Made by a program: the position numbers and the translations under genes. From Nageia nagi (Eukaryota; Plantae; Pinophyta): a stretch of DNA of 64,000 bases. The notes beneath the pieces were generated by a model. That model ran no database searches, was not told where the DNA came from, and saw only the letters and a program-made list of their open reading frames with translations. Position 1 is the stretch's first letter, and each line of letters starts with the position of its first letter. The stretch is from the NCBI GenBank assembly GCA_050084985.1, contig JBITNC010000002.1, positions 30,938,001 to 31,002,000 of the forward strand, read 5' to 3'. This document shows positions 52,943-64,000 of this stretch, in pieces.

Positions 52943-53722
52943 CTTGGTAGTCAAACTCACCGGAATTCGTCAAAAATCACAAATCCCGAGTCCCAGCCCG
53001 GCGAGTTCCAGGGACTCGAACTAGCGAGTCTGGAGATTCGCTTAGTCTCGGCAAGTCTGGCCGAGTCCAGCGAGTCTGGTGAAAAAGTAATTCTGAAAAA
53101 TGACTTAAAAACATTAAAAAAAACATTAATTAGGTATGTGTATACTCGTTGGAAAGGTCTCTTCAAATGCCACCCAATGAAAAAATAATGACCTCGATTG
53201 AATGTCTCTATAAAAAGTTATGCCTTCACAAAGATGACTAATCTATTTTGTGACAGGTTCAACAAAAAACAATTTTAACAAAACCATTAAGAATGCTCCA
53301 AAGTCCAAACACCATGCAAGCATGAGAATTCACCAAATCCTCACTCCAATGAAAAAGGGGAAAAACAAAAAGAATGAAGTTTGCAGCCATCATAGATTGG
53401 CTGATTTTGTATTTTGCAGCCATCATAGGTACATTTTGTATTGTGAAGTTTTAACATTTTGGTGAATAAAAACATATGCCCCTTCCTATCCGTAATTTGT
53501 AATTATGTATATTGTAAATTGTATAATGCTGATGTTATTGTTGAGTAGGTAGGCTTCTAGAAGACACTAATAATAGTAATAAATAATATGCAATTGAAAA
53601 AACTTATATTTTCAGTGAAAAAAATATATCTTTTCATTTTTCCGTTTTGCCAAGTTGAGCCGATTTTTTCGTCAAGTCTGGAGTCCAAATGAACCTCGGC
53701 GAGTCCAAGATTGACTACTATG
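52943..53722. mobile_element. Non-autonomous hAT element (780 bp)
   Basis: TIRs CTTGGTAGTCAA / revcomp CATAGTAGTCAA; 8-bp TSD ctgctagc (52935-52942) vs cttctagc (53723-53730); subterminal CGAGTC motifs. Confidence 0.85.
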
Positions 53723-54780
53723 CTTCTAGCACCTGAGCATCTCAATGAACAAAAAAAAAGCAGCCACTCCATTACTAAAGAACAACTGACCATTTTGAAA
53801 GCACACTACAAACACGTCATAATATTTATCTTCCGGCTGAAATATTTTCTTGAAATGGAGAAATATTAAGTAAATAGATTTTCTTCGTTTGCCTAGAGAT
53901 CAAAAAGTAAAAAAAGCAAAAATTATAGTCTCGCACAATACATGGTCAGTAAGTGGATTTCAAATTCTCAGATAACAATATTATTGGATTTACTAACCAG
54001 TTTGAGAATATTACAGAGTGAATTTTGAAACAAATACGCATTTAATGACTGATCAACATATACTATGCTTTTATGAAGCGAGTGATCTTCCACTAATTTA
54101 AAATATGTTTTCAAAAAAAAAAGAACCTAATTTAAACAGAATAAAACACCAAAACTCAAATACAGAATCTTCAAAAAACTACTTGATGGTGTCATGCATG
54201 TCTTGCCTATATAATCTGGTCCATTGGACATAACACCACCCTTGAATCACATGGATTAACAGAATGTTACAAATATCAAACCATGCAGCCTATAAAAATA
54301 TTAAGCTGCTCATTGTCAATGATCCTGATCTTTAAGTCATCAAAGAATTTGAATCACAAGACAAAGTCAAGTAGCCATGCAACTGCTTTCAATGACCACA
54401 AGACTTTCCCAGAAAGACGGATTATCTCAAGATTTAAACAGATTCAATGTCAGAATTGTTGGGTAAAATGGTGTCTTCTTGCAACTTTTCCATTTCATCC
54501 TGCATCTGAGACAATGCCACAGCAACCTCAAGAATTGAAAAACTGAAAATTAACTGACCTTTTGAATACCCAAAAAAAACAATTTATGCCAAGTAGTATC
54601 ACATAGCAAAATAAGAATAAAACGACAGTCACATGGCATATTGCAATTTGTTTTAACTGGCTAAGATTTTAATCAAACTTCCAACAGGGGAAAAAGCTGA
54701 ATGCAATTGCCAAATTTACATCCAGTAGGTAAACATTTACACATAAGTACCAAACGACCTTACATTCAAAATAATGACAA

Positions 54781-54834
54781 TCAATCTCGAGAAAGGCTTG
54801 CCTTCTCTGCAGTTGGTTTTTTCCCCGTATATCT
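54781..54834 (-). CDS. RER1: Protein RER1, last coding exon (RYTGKKPTAEKASLSRD*)
   Basis: Acceptor ttttctcag at 54835; in frame with the upstream exon across a 140-bp GT-AG intron; typical RER1 C-terminus after GKQ. Confidence 0.85.
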   Translation of the reverse strand, partial: RYTGKKPTAEKASLSRD

Positions 54835-54974
54835 CTGAGAAAACGAGTAACACATAACAGTACTGTCAAATTGAGATGTTAACAAACATAGGCACCAAAA
54901 TAAAAAGCTCTCTGTTTGCGGAATATCAATAAACATTACTATACATAACAGTAAGCTGAATGCAGAAGCATTAC

Positions 54975-55155
54975 CTGCTTGCCCACTGAGAAAGGTACAT
55001 ATTTGTATTTGATCATGTGCAGTATTTGTCGTTTCATAGTTAGGAAAAAAAGCATGACCCAGTAGAATAACAATACTGGCCAAAAAACTGGGACATCAAA
55101 TATTGAAGAAAATGTCATCGAAAAAGCAATAACAAATGCCTTTGTTATAGAGTAC
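54975..55155 (-). CDS. RER1: Protein RER1 (ER retrieval receptor), penultimate coding exon
   Basis: [60 protein letters not shown]; 181-nt exon bounded by tacag| and |gtaatg; no disruptions. Confidence 0.95.
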
Positions 55156-57005
55156 CTGTACAACATACAGATAAAATAAGTGTCAACTGCAGTCTCATCT
55201 TTCTAATAGGTGCTGAAATAGTAACCATCTGTGTCAAAACTGTGAGAAAGCTAACATAAGATTGGAAAATAGCTCCAAATGCACCTACTATGTAAATGAT
55301 ATGATTGCAAGAGTTTACACATTATGAATGTGTGATCAATGCGACTCAAATAATATAAATAGTCATGGTACTTTGTAGAAGCTATAGATGAAAGAGTCTT
55401 AGCAAGTAAGCACAGAAAAATCACATCATTATTACATTTGCTTGCATCATCACTTTTAAATCCACAATATTTATCATATTCATATATGTTATTATAAAAA
55501 AAAATAGCAGTATTTAGCTGAAATATAAACCCAAAAAACTGATTGGCTTGAGCTTTGGCATTAATTATGATTTACACTGTCTAGGTAAAAAAGTGCTGAC
55601 GTAAACTTATGAGTTGTATACAAAAGTGTGAACTTTCTATGATTTCTTGAACCCTGAATACATAAGCAAGAACACATGATTGAAGACATGCACTTCTACA
55701 GAAGCCCCATGTTTTCCATGTTCCACCTCCGCAATATATGCCTTTTCTCCAACAAATGTGTTATATGAGCATCTATAACCTCCCAATACCCCAATCCACT
55801 CTCCAGCAGCCCTTCTGCGAACATTGTTTTGTGCTAACTGAAGAGAATGAACATTACCGTGTATCTTCTAGATCTTATCCATCCTCATCAAGATGAAGTG
55901 CAAATTCAATGATATGCTTTGGCTAAACATTGTCATGGAGATTTCATACATTCAACTTCATTTTTCTCAGCTTGTCCAATCTGTATCCAGATTGGTAGGT
56001 TTAAGACTAACGCACAACATATAAGACTAAATGCAGCAGCTAATTGCATGCCTCTTCTGAGCACTCCCTTTTCTCCAGACTTTGTTATGGCATGCTAAAA
56101 AGTAGTGTATATTCTTGTGAGCTTTGCAGAAACCAATTTAGAGAAATGTAAATAATAAGCAAAATGAAATATGGTATCAATCAAGATCCATGAGCTTGGC
56201 ATAAAACTATATATAAACATTTATAGGGTTTTGAATTTTCAAAGACTCAATCTGTAGATATAATCACCTTTCAATTCTATTTCTACCCATCAGTTCAAGA
56301 ACTACATTCCATAGTCCTTTTATATGACTCAGACAAAAAATGTGGAAGCCAATCTCACACCAGATAGATACTGTTCTAGAATATGGAGATGTAACATCCT
56401 TTATTAGGACCTACAAATGTTGATGTTGACTTCACCCAATTGCATTGATGGACATATCACACAGATGATGTAAACTTGTGCTGAATGTGTGGCTTGCGCT
56501 GATAAGGATAAGCATGATGAGAGTATTATCTATAGCACAGATACACTTAACCTTTTAAAAAGGGTACACATGACACAAGGAAAACCAAACATGATCGGCT
56601 CCCAGATATTTATTAGGAACCAACATCCAAAGGACATTAAGAGGCCAATAATGGCATAGGAAATATCCAGATATTTTGTAGCATTGAATGTTACATAAAT
56701 ATAATGAGGACAACTTAACAGAGAGGGCTAAGCAAGTACACGATTACATTCACTAGAAAGTAAGTTGTCATATGCTAACAAAAGACATCTCGCAATATTG
56801 GGTGTGCAAAAAGTAAGCAATAATAGATTGTTACAATTCTTGGATATTTCTGCAATTGTGCTGTTGAGGGTTTATGTATATGCACAACTCTGTACAGTCT
56901 CAACGATTGTAGATTCTCCAATTACAATTTTGTTGGAAGAAAACAACATTGTCTGCTGTTGTTGTGCAACAGGAATCTTGAGTTTTGAATCAATGCCATT
57001 CTCAG

Positions 57006-59333
57006 CATAGTTGACTTTCAAAAAATCACGATTTTATGAGGGGGCCGATTTTTTTACTAATAAATTGCTGATAATTGATCCAAAATTTGGATCCCTTCGA
57101 CATTCAGTAATCTCCATTTCAGTGTGTTCATTGTGATCGCCTTGTCTTCAGCTTTCCGACGCTTCTTTCGGATCGTGAATCCGAGTCCGTATGTGGAAGA
57201 TATGATATTAATTCTGTTTGTGTATTTTGAGAAAAAAAAATTAAAAAAAAAAGGATTAAAAAATAAATAATATAATCAAATGTTTTTTGGCGGCCAACGA
57301 AGAGGGGACCCACCTGCCACCGTGGAGTTTGACCGCAGGGTCAAGGCCTACGTGGAGGTCAAGGCCTGCGTGGAGGGAGGATGCGGCGGGTGAATGCGAG
57401 ACCGCCAACCTTAGCCGACCGCGTTTCCAACCAAGCCGCCCGTGTTTCCAACCAAGCCACCCGCGTGCCAGCCTACACCGCCAGTCAATAGGAGGTTGAC
57501 TTCTTCCCAGTACGCGCCACGTGTCGCCACCACAATGCACCCGCCCAATGTTAGGTTTTTTTAATGTATTTTTGATGTTTTCAAAGGTTTATGGTGATTT
57601 TAATTCGCCTAAGGTCCTATTATTAGGCTGAGTTAATTCTGTAAGCCTGAAACAATCCAATGAGCGTATTATTTCTATTTTAGAGTTCGTTTTGGGGAGA
57701 TTTTTACAACCATTTGAGCCCAAATTTGACAGGAAGATCAAGGAGGTTAATGGGTATCTGAAAATAGGTTTTGTATCAAATTTCCTAGTTGTAATACTCT
57801 CCAATTTTAGCCCCCAAAATTGTATAAAAGGGGAGCAAATTGGACGTGAGAGGAGGAGGATTTCAAGAAAGTTGTTTTCAGTTCTTGTTGTGATTTTCAG
57901 AGCTATGAGTGTGTTGTGAATGTGAGAGGAGGTTTTGAAGGACCACGGAGGCCTTGTAAAGTGATTCCACCCACTGATAGTAGAGAGCTTTTGAGCTGGA
58001 TGTAGCCCACACTGGGTGAACCAGGATAAATTTTGCTTGTCTCTTTCTATGGTGAATGGTTTTCTCTTCTCTGTGTTTACAATTTTTTTCCTGATTTTCC
58101 TTTACAAGCACTTAATTGTTTTAAGTGTGAATTGATCCTAAGAAAAGGTTAAATTGAAATTTTAATCTTATAGTTTATGGATCAATAATTTCCAAAAAAA
58201 TACGCAATTTTTAACCTTAACTAAATCACAATTTTTCCCTGTTTAAACGCAATTTACTGGAATAAACCGTGGGCACTTAAAGACCTTAAAAAGGCAACTT
58301 TTCTAGGCTATTTACATCCGATATTTTGAGGAAAAAAGAGGCAGAAATCGCAATTTTCAGTGCGAACTCATGCCTGTCTTTTTCCAGAATCTAGGTGCTT
58401 TTTTCAAGTCATTGTTACTTCAGCGGTTTGGAAGAAGGCTTCTGAGGATTTTGCGTTAAGTGGTTATGGTTTGCAGACTTTCTATGCGTTTTTGGCATTC
58501 TCAAGTTAAATCTGAACACATTCTGCATTCTGCGTACCCATTGAAGACTCACAAAGATCAGCTCTTCTTATCAGTTGTTTTCTTCATAATATTTGTTGGC
58601 TGTTGCGTCCAGAAGTCGTTTTTTTCTCTGTTTAGAAAATGAGCGTGAAAATAAATAGCCACTGCAAGCAAGGCCAACATGCCTGGCATCCACGCCACTC
58701 TGGCGCTGACATTGTCCAGTAAGGGCTCCGCAACCGTTGTGTTAAACCTCAATGCATCGACCATTGTTGAAGGGAAGCCCTCTCACAGTCAGCAATTGAA
58801 ATGTATTAATAGATATCCCTCTTTGTAAAAAATAAACAGGCTGAATATTATTGACGAGAATAACGAAACATGAATTTGGCTCATTCATCAACAATGCAAT
58901 AATCAAAATGGGCTCCAAATAGGGCACATAGGGTACACAGAGGTATTAAAGTTAAATGTTTCGATAAACAAACTTTAGTCAATAAAAGAATTATATAAAC
59001 GTTTGTCACTTTTTAATTAAATTTATGAGTAATAAAATGTATTTATAATTAAATGAAGTAGAATATTTGTAAATAATATTATTTAGTATAAGTTATAACA
59101 AAGTAAATATTGTAATATATAATATTTACTTTGTTATATATATAATATATGGGAATGTTACATGGTAATTAGATGAGTTTATTTTACGGAAAAATATTTT
59201 AAAAATGCAGTTTTTTGTTGATTGTTCTGATTTTTTACTGAAATTTAAAATTTGGCCTGGAACCGATTTTATACCGATTCTTAAAATTTGGCCTGAAGCC
59301 AATTGTTTGTCATTCACGATTTTCTAAACTATG
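57006..59333. mobile_element. Non-autonomous hAT-like element (~2.3 kb) with nested fragments, in the RER1 intron
   Basis: Termini CATAGTT / AACTATG; 8-bp TSD attctcag (56998-57005) vs attctcgg (59334-59341); CCGATT/CACGATT subterminal motifs. Confidence 0.72.
57549..58190 (+). repeat. LTR-like fragment nested in the hAT element
   Basis: Abrupt TGTTAGG start, a TATAAAAGGG box at ~57823 and U5-like composition. End and TSD not resolved. Confidence 0.4.
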
Positions 59334-60419
59334 ATTCTCGGTTATTTATATGATGAATCCTAAATTTACTTGTTGACGATAATTTATATCCCATAGAAGA
59401 CTAGTGATTATCTGAATCTAGGCTCATTTAAATGTTATTCTGATTCCAGTTACCGTGATAAACAGTTCCATTCTGTCAATGATTATTATAGACTAACTGG
59501 AAGATCAGTCAGACTCTATCCTACTAAGGGCTTCGGAGATTATAAATGGTATCTGAGCAAATACAAGAACATTAAGAGAACAAGGCTAGCATTAAAGAAG
59601 TCGGACAAGGAAGTGAACTAATGAAGCTAGGAAAAGTGTTCGCCAGTAATAAGTGATTTCCTATCTGCTTTAGGAAATCAATTACACTCTCAAACATGTT
59701 CAGTATGGTTGGCATTGCTCTCTAGATGATCATTATATTGATGTTGATATTGCATGAGAGACTTTCTGCGAGAATGCTAATCTAGTATAATTATTTGCAT
59801 AGCAGATAAATATCTCATACGTGTTTGTTATTCTATATCACCATTTGGGAGAACATTGCCATAGCTCGGAAGTTAATGATTCCAAAGACATTGGAAAGTA
59901 GAGAATGACATCAACACACTCACTTGGCTAGTGAAATGAGCCAATACTGTTTCACAAATGTTTCAAGGACGAATTTCATAGCAAAGGCTCACAAATTAGG
60001 CCTGCCAGTTTAAGGTTACCAACTTGAACACAACCTCAAACAAAACTGGTATAGATTGCCCATCCATGGTGGACAATGCACCTCTTGGCATCAAATTTTG
60101 AAATCATAGAAATATTTCTAGCTGAAGCCTAACAAAGCACTTCCCTTGGTAGGCAAGTTGAATTGCTTTGAAAACCCTGTAACACAAGCATGGATTGGCT
60201 TAAAGTATACATGAACTTTGCATCCTTAATCTGATTTCCCTTGGCACGTGCCATGCATGCAATCATAATTAAATTCAATGGGATCCACGTGCTCCACTAC
60301 TCTTGACGTGTCCACAAAAAGTGGAAAAGATGGAAAAGCTCCGCATAGAAGACAAGATGTAGACCAAGGTACAATGGAACATTAACCTCAAAGGTACTCT
60401 TCCCACATGATTGATGATG

Positions 60420-61400
60420 ATTTATTTCAAGGCTCATAGCGGAGCAGGATGGTATGCCCATTAAAACCTTTTAAATCATATTTTTGCATGAACAACCACA
60501 CTTTGCAATCAAACCCTGTTTTGGTGTGATATTTCATGGTGCTGCTTGTATTTCATGCTAATTTTCAGCATAGAAAAAAAGTTACTGATTGAATGTGATG
60601 AATCCAATGAATGGGGTTTGTTTCTTTATTCAATACTTTTAAAGAATGTCACAAATCTTTGATTTGCACAACAAGAAAACTCACATCAATATGTTCCAAG
60701 ACACACATGGAATGGATCATGTTCAATAGAGTTGTGCAAAGTTTTGCAACTACGTTGGATGTAATAGAAATTCCCAACCCATGCACATGGATGTTTAGAA
60801 CCGTTCATCTATAGAATACACATTATTCTCTGACTGATCACCTTTATCTGCCCATCCATCTATAGGTGTAAGGTAGTCAAACTAGTCAACTTTGGATCCA
60901 TCATGATCCAAGGTGAACCAAAAGATGCTCACAATCAAGTATCCCCATTTTAGACTTTCTTTTTTGGTGAGCCAAAAATTGACGTACACAAGATCAAAAT
61001 ACAGTTCTGCATGGTCTTCTGTCTATAGTATTTTGGCCATCTTCCAAGCTTTTCCCCTAGCACAAAAACACACATCATTATCGTGCTTCACAATGGGCAA
61101 AAACTCATAGGATATGGAAACCAAGGTTAAATGACTTTCAACGTTTGATAAGCAATGACTGTGGACTATACATCCTTGCTTTATTAAATTATTAAAGGCT
61201 TGGTAATGGTGCAAGCAACATAGGATCTGATATACTCAATGACATCATTTTTATTATTTAGCCAAAAGAAGAATCGTTCTATTAGTACTAATGTCTTCTC
61301 TGCACTGAACTACCACAGTCCTTGTCGATAATACGCTTCATAAATCATCTTTTGAAGCGCATTCATTGGTACATTATGATGTTCAATGGACTTGGTGCAT
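60420..61400 (-). pseudogene. Ancient Gypsy integrase remnant
   Basis: EKTLVLIERFFFW..DVIEYIRSYVACTITKP; KMAKI; MDGQIKVI..SKHPCAW..PFHVCLG; KVWL..LRYEP (GPY-like). Confidence 0.72.
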
Positions 61401-61609
61401 GAATGCCAACCACTTTTAATGGTGGGCAGTTTGCAACTTGAGTCATGTTTGCAAGAGCCATCATGGTTTGTAATCAGTTTAAAGGATTGTCTCCTTGCCA
61501 ATATATGACAAATGTTTAAAGAACAGCAGAAAGCTCTCTGTTATATTGAGAAAACAATCCAACTACATCATTGAATATTGCACTTGAATAGGCAACTAGA
61601 TGTTTATGC

Positions 61610-64000
61610 TGTAATGTCCCCTTTTTGACATCAGCTACCTGTGGGGTCCTAGCAGCTAGTGTTAGAAGACTATTAGTGGATGGCCAGCGTAGGAGTGGTA
61701 ATTATATATTTTAATTAATAAGATTTCTGAATTAGTCAGTGTTGGTTGTAAATCATAACACACCTGGAAAGACTGGAGCTGAAAAGGGTATTAATGAGTG
61801 AGTTAACTTAGTCTCATGAACTGAATCAATGATCAATCAAGTCAGTTGGAGAATCCTAGGTTAGTACACCTGGTGAACTGCAACTAAATGTAGTAAGTAC
61901 ACCTTGGATTCTAAGTAAAACTGCTGACGACAAATCAAAGAATCCATGCAGCATAGTGGCTCTCTAGTTGGCATTTTATATAAAAAGTTGGGATAAAAGG
62001 AAAATATTTTTTTTAATAATTATTGAAAACAGAGATATTGAAAGGATCTTGAACCTTGTACAATGTAAGATACGAAGTATTGTTTCAAAAAACTAAGTAC
62101 CGCTTAATACAAAATTCCTCCTTTCAAAGGTGGTTCTACCAGGAGTCCTCCTGGAAAAAACATGGGACTCAAGACCCCAAAGGACCCTTCCCCACAGAAG
62201 AGCTAAGAAGAGATACCCCTTCCAATGCATGCCTTCCTCCACTTGAAATAGGGCAGGGGACTGCAAAAACACAATTCCCACCCAACAGGACCACATTCCC
62301 ACCAGAGGACATCAGTTCATATTAACACGGGCCAAAGTATTCCAATTGATCATCCTTCATGAAACAGGGCACAAGATTCTATACAATGAATCTCGTCCAT
62401 AGACAGATGGATTGCTTGAGAGAACTAGTTCAATCGTCCCTTCATCCCTCTACGGCAAAATATTTGGGGTTTCATTCTTCCCCTTCTCCTTCTCGTCCGT
62501 TGCTCCGAACAAGTATCCAGCAGCCTAAAGGTCAAAACCTTCTTCAATTTTTATGCTTACTTCACCCTTCAACTTCTGAGAGAAGAGAAAACCCCATAAC
62601 AAGCCTCATATAAAGGGCATCCCCAACTCAACACGATAGAAAACACTAGTGGAGCACAAATGGAAGCCCCAAAAGGAAAATCCAAAGGTGCAGACAAAAA
62701 CACAGAAAGAAACAACCCAGAGAGGGCAGCAAACACCAACAAACCAAACCCATGAGAAGTCCAAAAAGACCAACCAGGAGGAGGGAACCCTATACATGTT
62801 GGTTCATGGCCCATCTGGAGCAGAACACTATGTCAAAAAAATGATTGGCCAGGAACCCGAATCTCCACCAACATTTATAGGCAAAGCACTTCTGCCTTCG
62901 AAAAAGGACCCCTCCTTTGAAACCCCAAGTATATCCTGAGAGTTAAAGTCCATCTTCTCAACCGACAAGGGAGAACAACTAGCCGTTGCATTTCATGAAT
63001 AACTTCCATATGAATAATTACCACCAACTCCATAAGCGGTTTAATGCAAAAAAGACCTTCAACCTCAGAAGGAGAAAAATACGATCCCAAGGATAAATCC
63101 AAAGGACTTCTTGGAACCAGCAGTGGTGCAACACAAAAGAGGGCTTTAGTCTTTGTAGGAGAAAAATGCGATTCAAAAAAGTCAAATGAATTTTCTCCTC
63201 TTGCATGATGTATTCTTTGTTGCACATGAACCATCCAACCCAACTCCATTTTGACCAGACAGGTCTAGGTCGTTGTTGTCTGAACACTCCTCCCCACCAT
63301 AACCAACAGCTGCATTCCCATGAATAACTTCCACAAGAACATCAACCACCAACTCTATGGAGGGGAGATCATGAAAAAATATAGGGATATCCACCACAAG
63401 AGAAACCCCATCTTCTTATGAATAACTTCCACAAGAACATCAACCACCAACTCTATCGAGAAAAGATCATGGGAAAATATAGGGATATCCACCACAAAAG
63501 AAAGCCAATCTTCTTCAGAACCTGCAAAACCTCCACTACTGAAGCCATCTCTTCCACCATCCCCAAAATCATTCCGACCACTCCTGACCTTAGGTTTGCC
63601 TACGCCTCTGAAAACCCTACAAGATCACATCACAACCCTTGAATCTGCCATCCCATATAAACAATGATGTTGATGATGATAGATATAGACTAATCATAAC
63701 ACAAGATGATAATGAAATTGCAAAAGAATATAATCTTTTGCATATTGAAAACAATTAATTTTATTCCCTGGTATGAGTGGCTATATACAGAATTGTGGAG
63801 TCTTGAAGACAGAACCCCTCATTGAATCATTACCCAGGTGGTCCAAAATCAGATTTTATCATCAGATCAACTTAAGGATGAAAACCCTTAATGTGTAGAT
63901 CAAAACAGCAAATTATCATTATTATTGTGGGTGTGTGGAGCAGATTTGTAGCACCATTCTAGTCATTGAAAGCATTTTTGGATTTGATATATTTATTACA
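61610..64000 (+). mobile_element. Long LTR (Gypsy-type), running off window end
   Basis: Starts TGTAATGTCCCC; non-coding; internal ~98-bp duplication at 63319-63515 with a partial third copy at ~62994. Confidence 0.6.

Noticed and set aside
57256-57540. GC-rich ORFs on both strands as a gene or first exon of RER1
   Set aside because: Inside a TE, built from short repeats, and with no RER1 similarity.
58558-58764. Small membrane-protein ORF
   Set aside because: No recognisable family or exon structure; at most a captured fragment.
59547-59558. PBS-like TGGTATCTGAGC
   Set aside because: No clear LTR terminus or gag next to it, so not called as an element.

Overview
AT-rich land-plant nuclear DNA. 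It is probably a conifer, inferred from the TatII-like Gypsy domain order, the TGTAATGTCCCC LTR start, the degenerate PLS-class PPR fragments and a long intron. About 50 kb is decayed, CpG-depleted nested transposons, followed by the 3' end of one apparently intact host gene, RER1 (minus strand, last two coding exons; the upstream exon lies outside the window). In order: a Copia 5' half; CACTA copy A; a truncated Tnt1-like Copia; a ~12.8 kb MULE carrying a convergent cargo gene and PPR fragments; a Gypsy 3' fragment; CACTA copy B bracketed by inverted telomere-like arrays; a full-length 12.8 kb Tat-clade Gypsy (aRH before RT, extra 3' ORF); two non-autonomous hAT elements; an old Gypsy integrase; and an LTR running off the end. 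Top finding: both CACTA copies carry a SET-domain (lysine-methyltransferase-like) exon immediately upstream of the TnpD transposase, and a phase-0 intron could fuse the two in frame. Second: the MULE carries a Cys-His-Asp-pattern domain of the At3g11760/At5g04860 family opposite its transposase. All calls come from manual translation and motif recognition, with no database searches. Boundaries of decayed elements are approximate.
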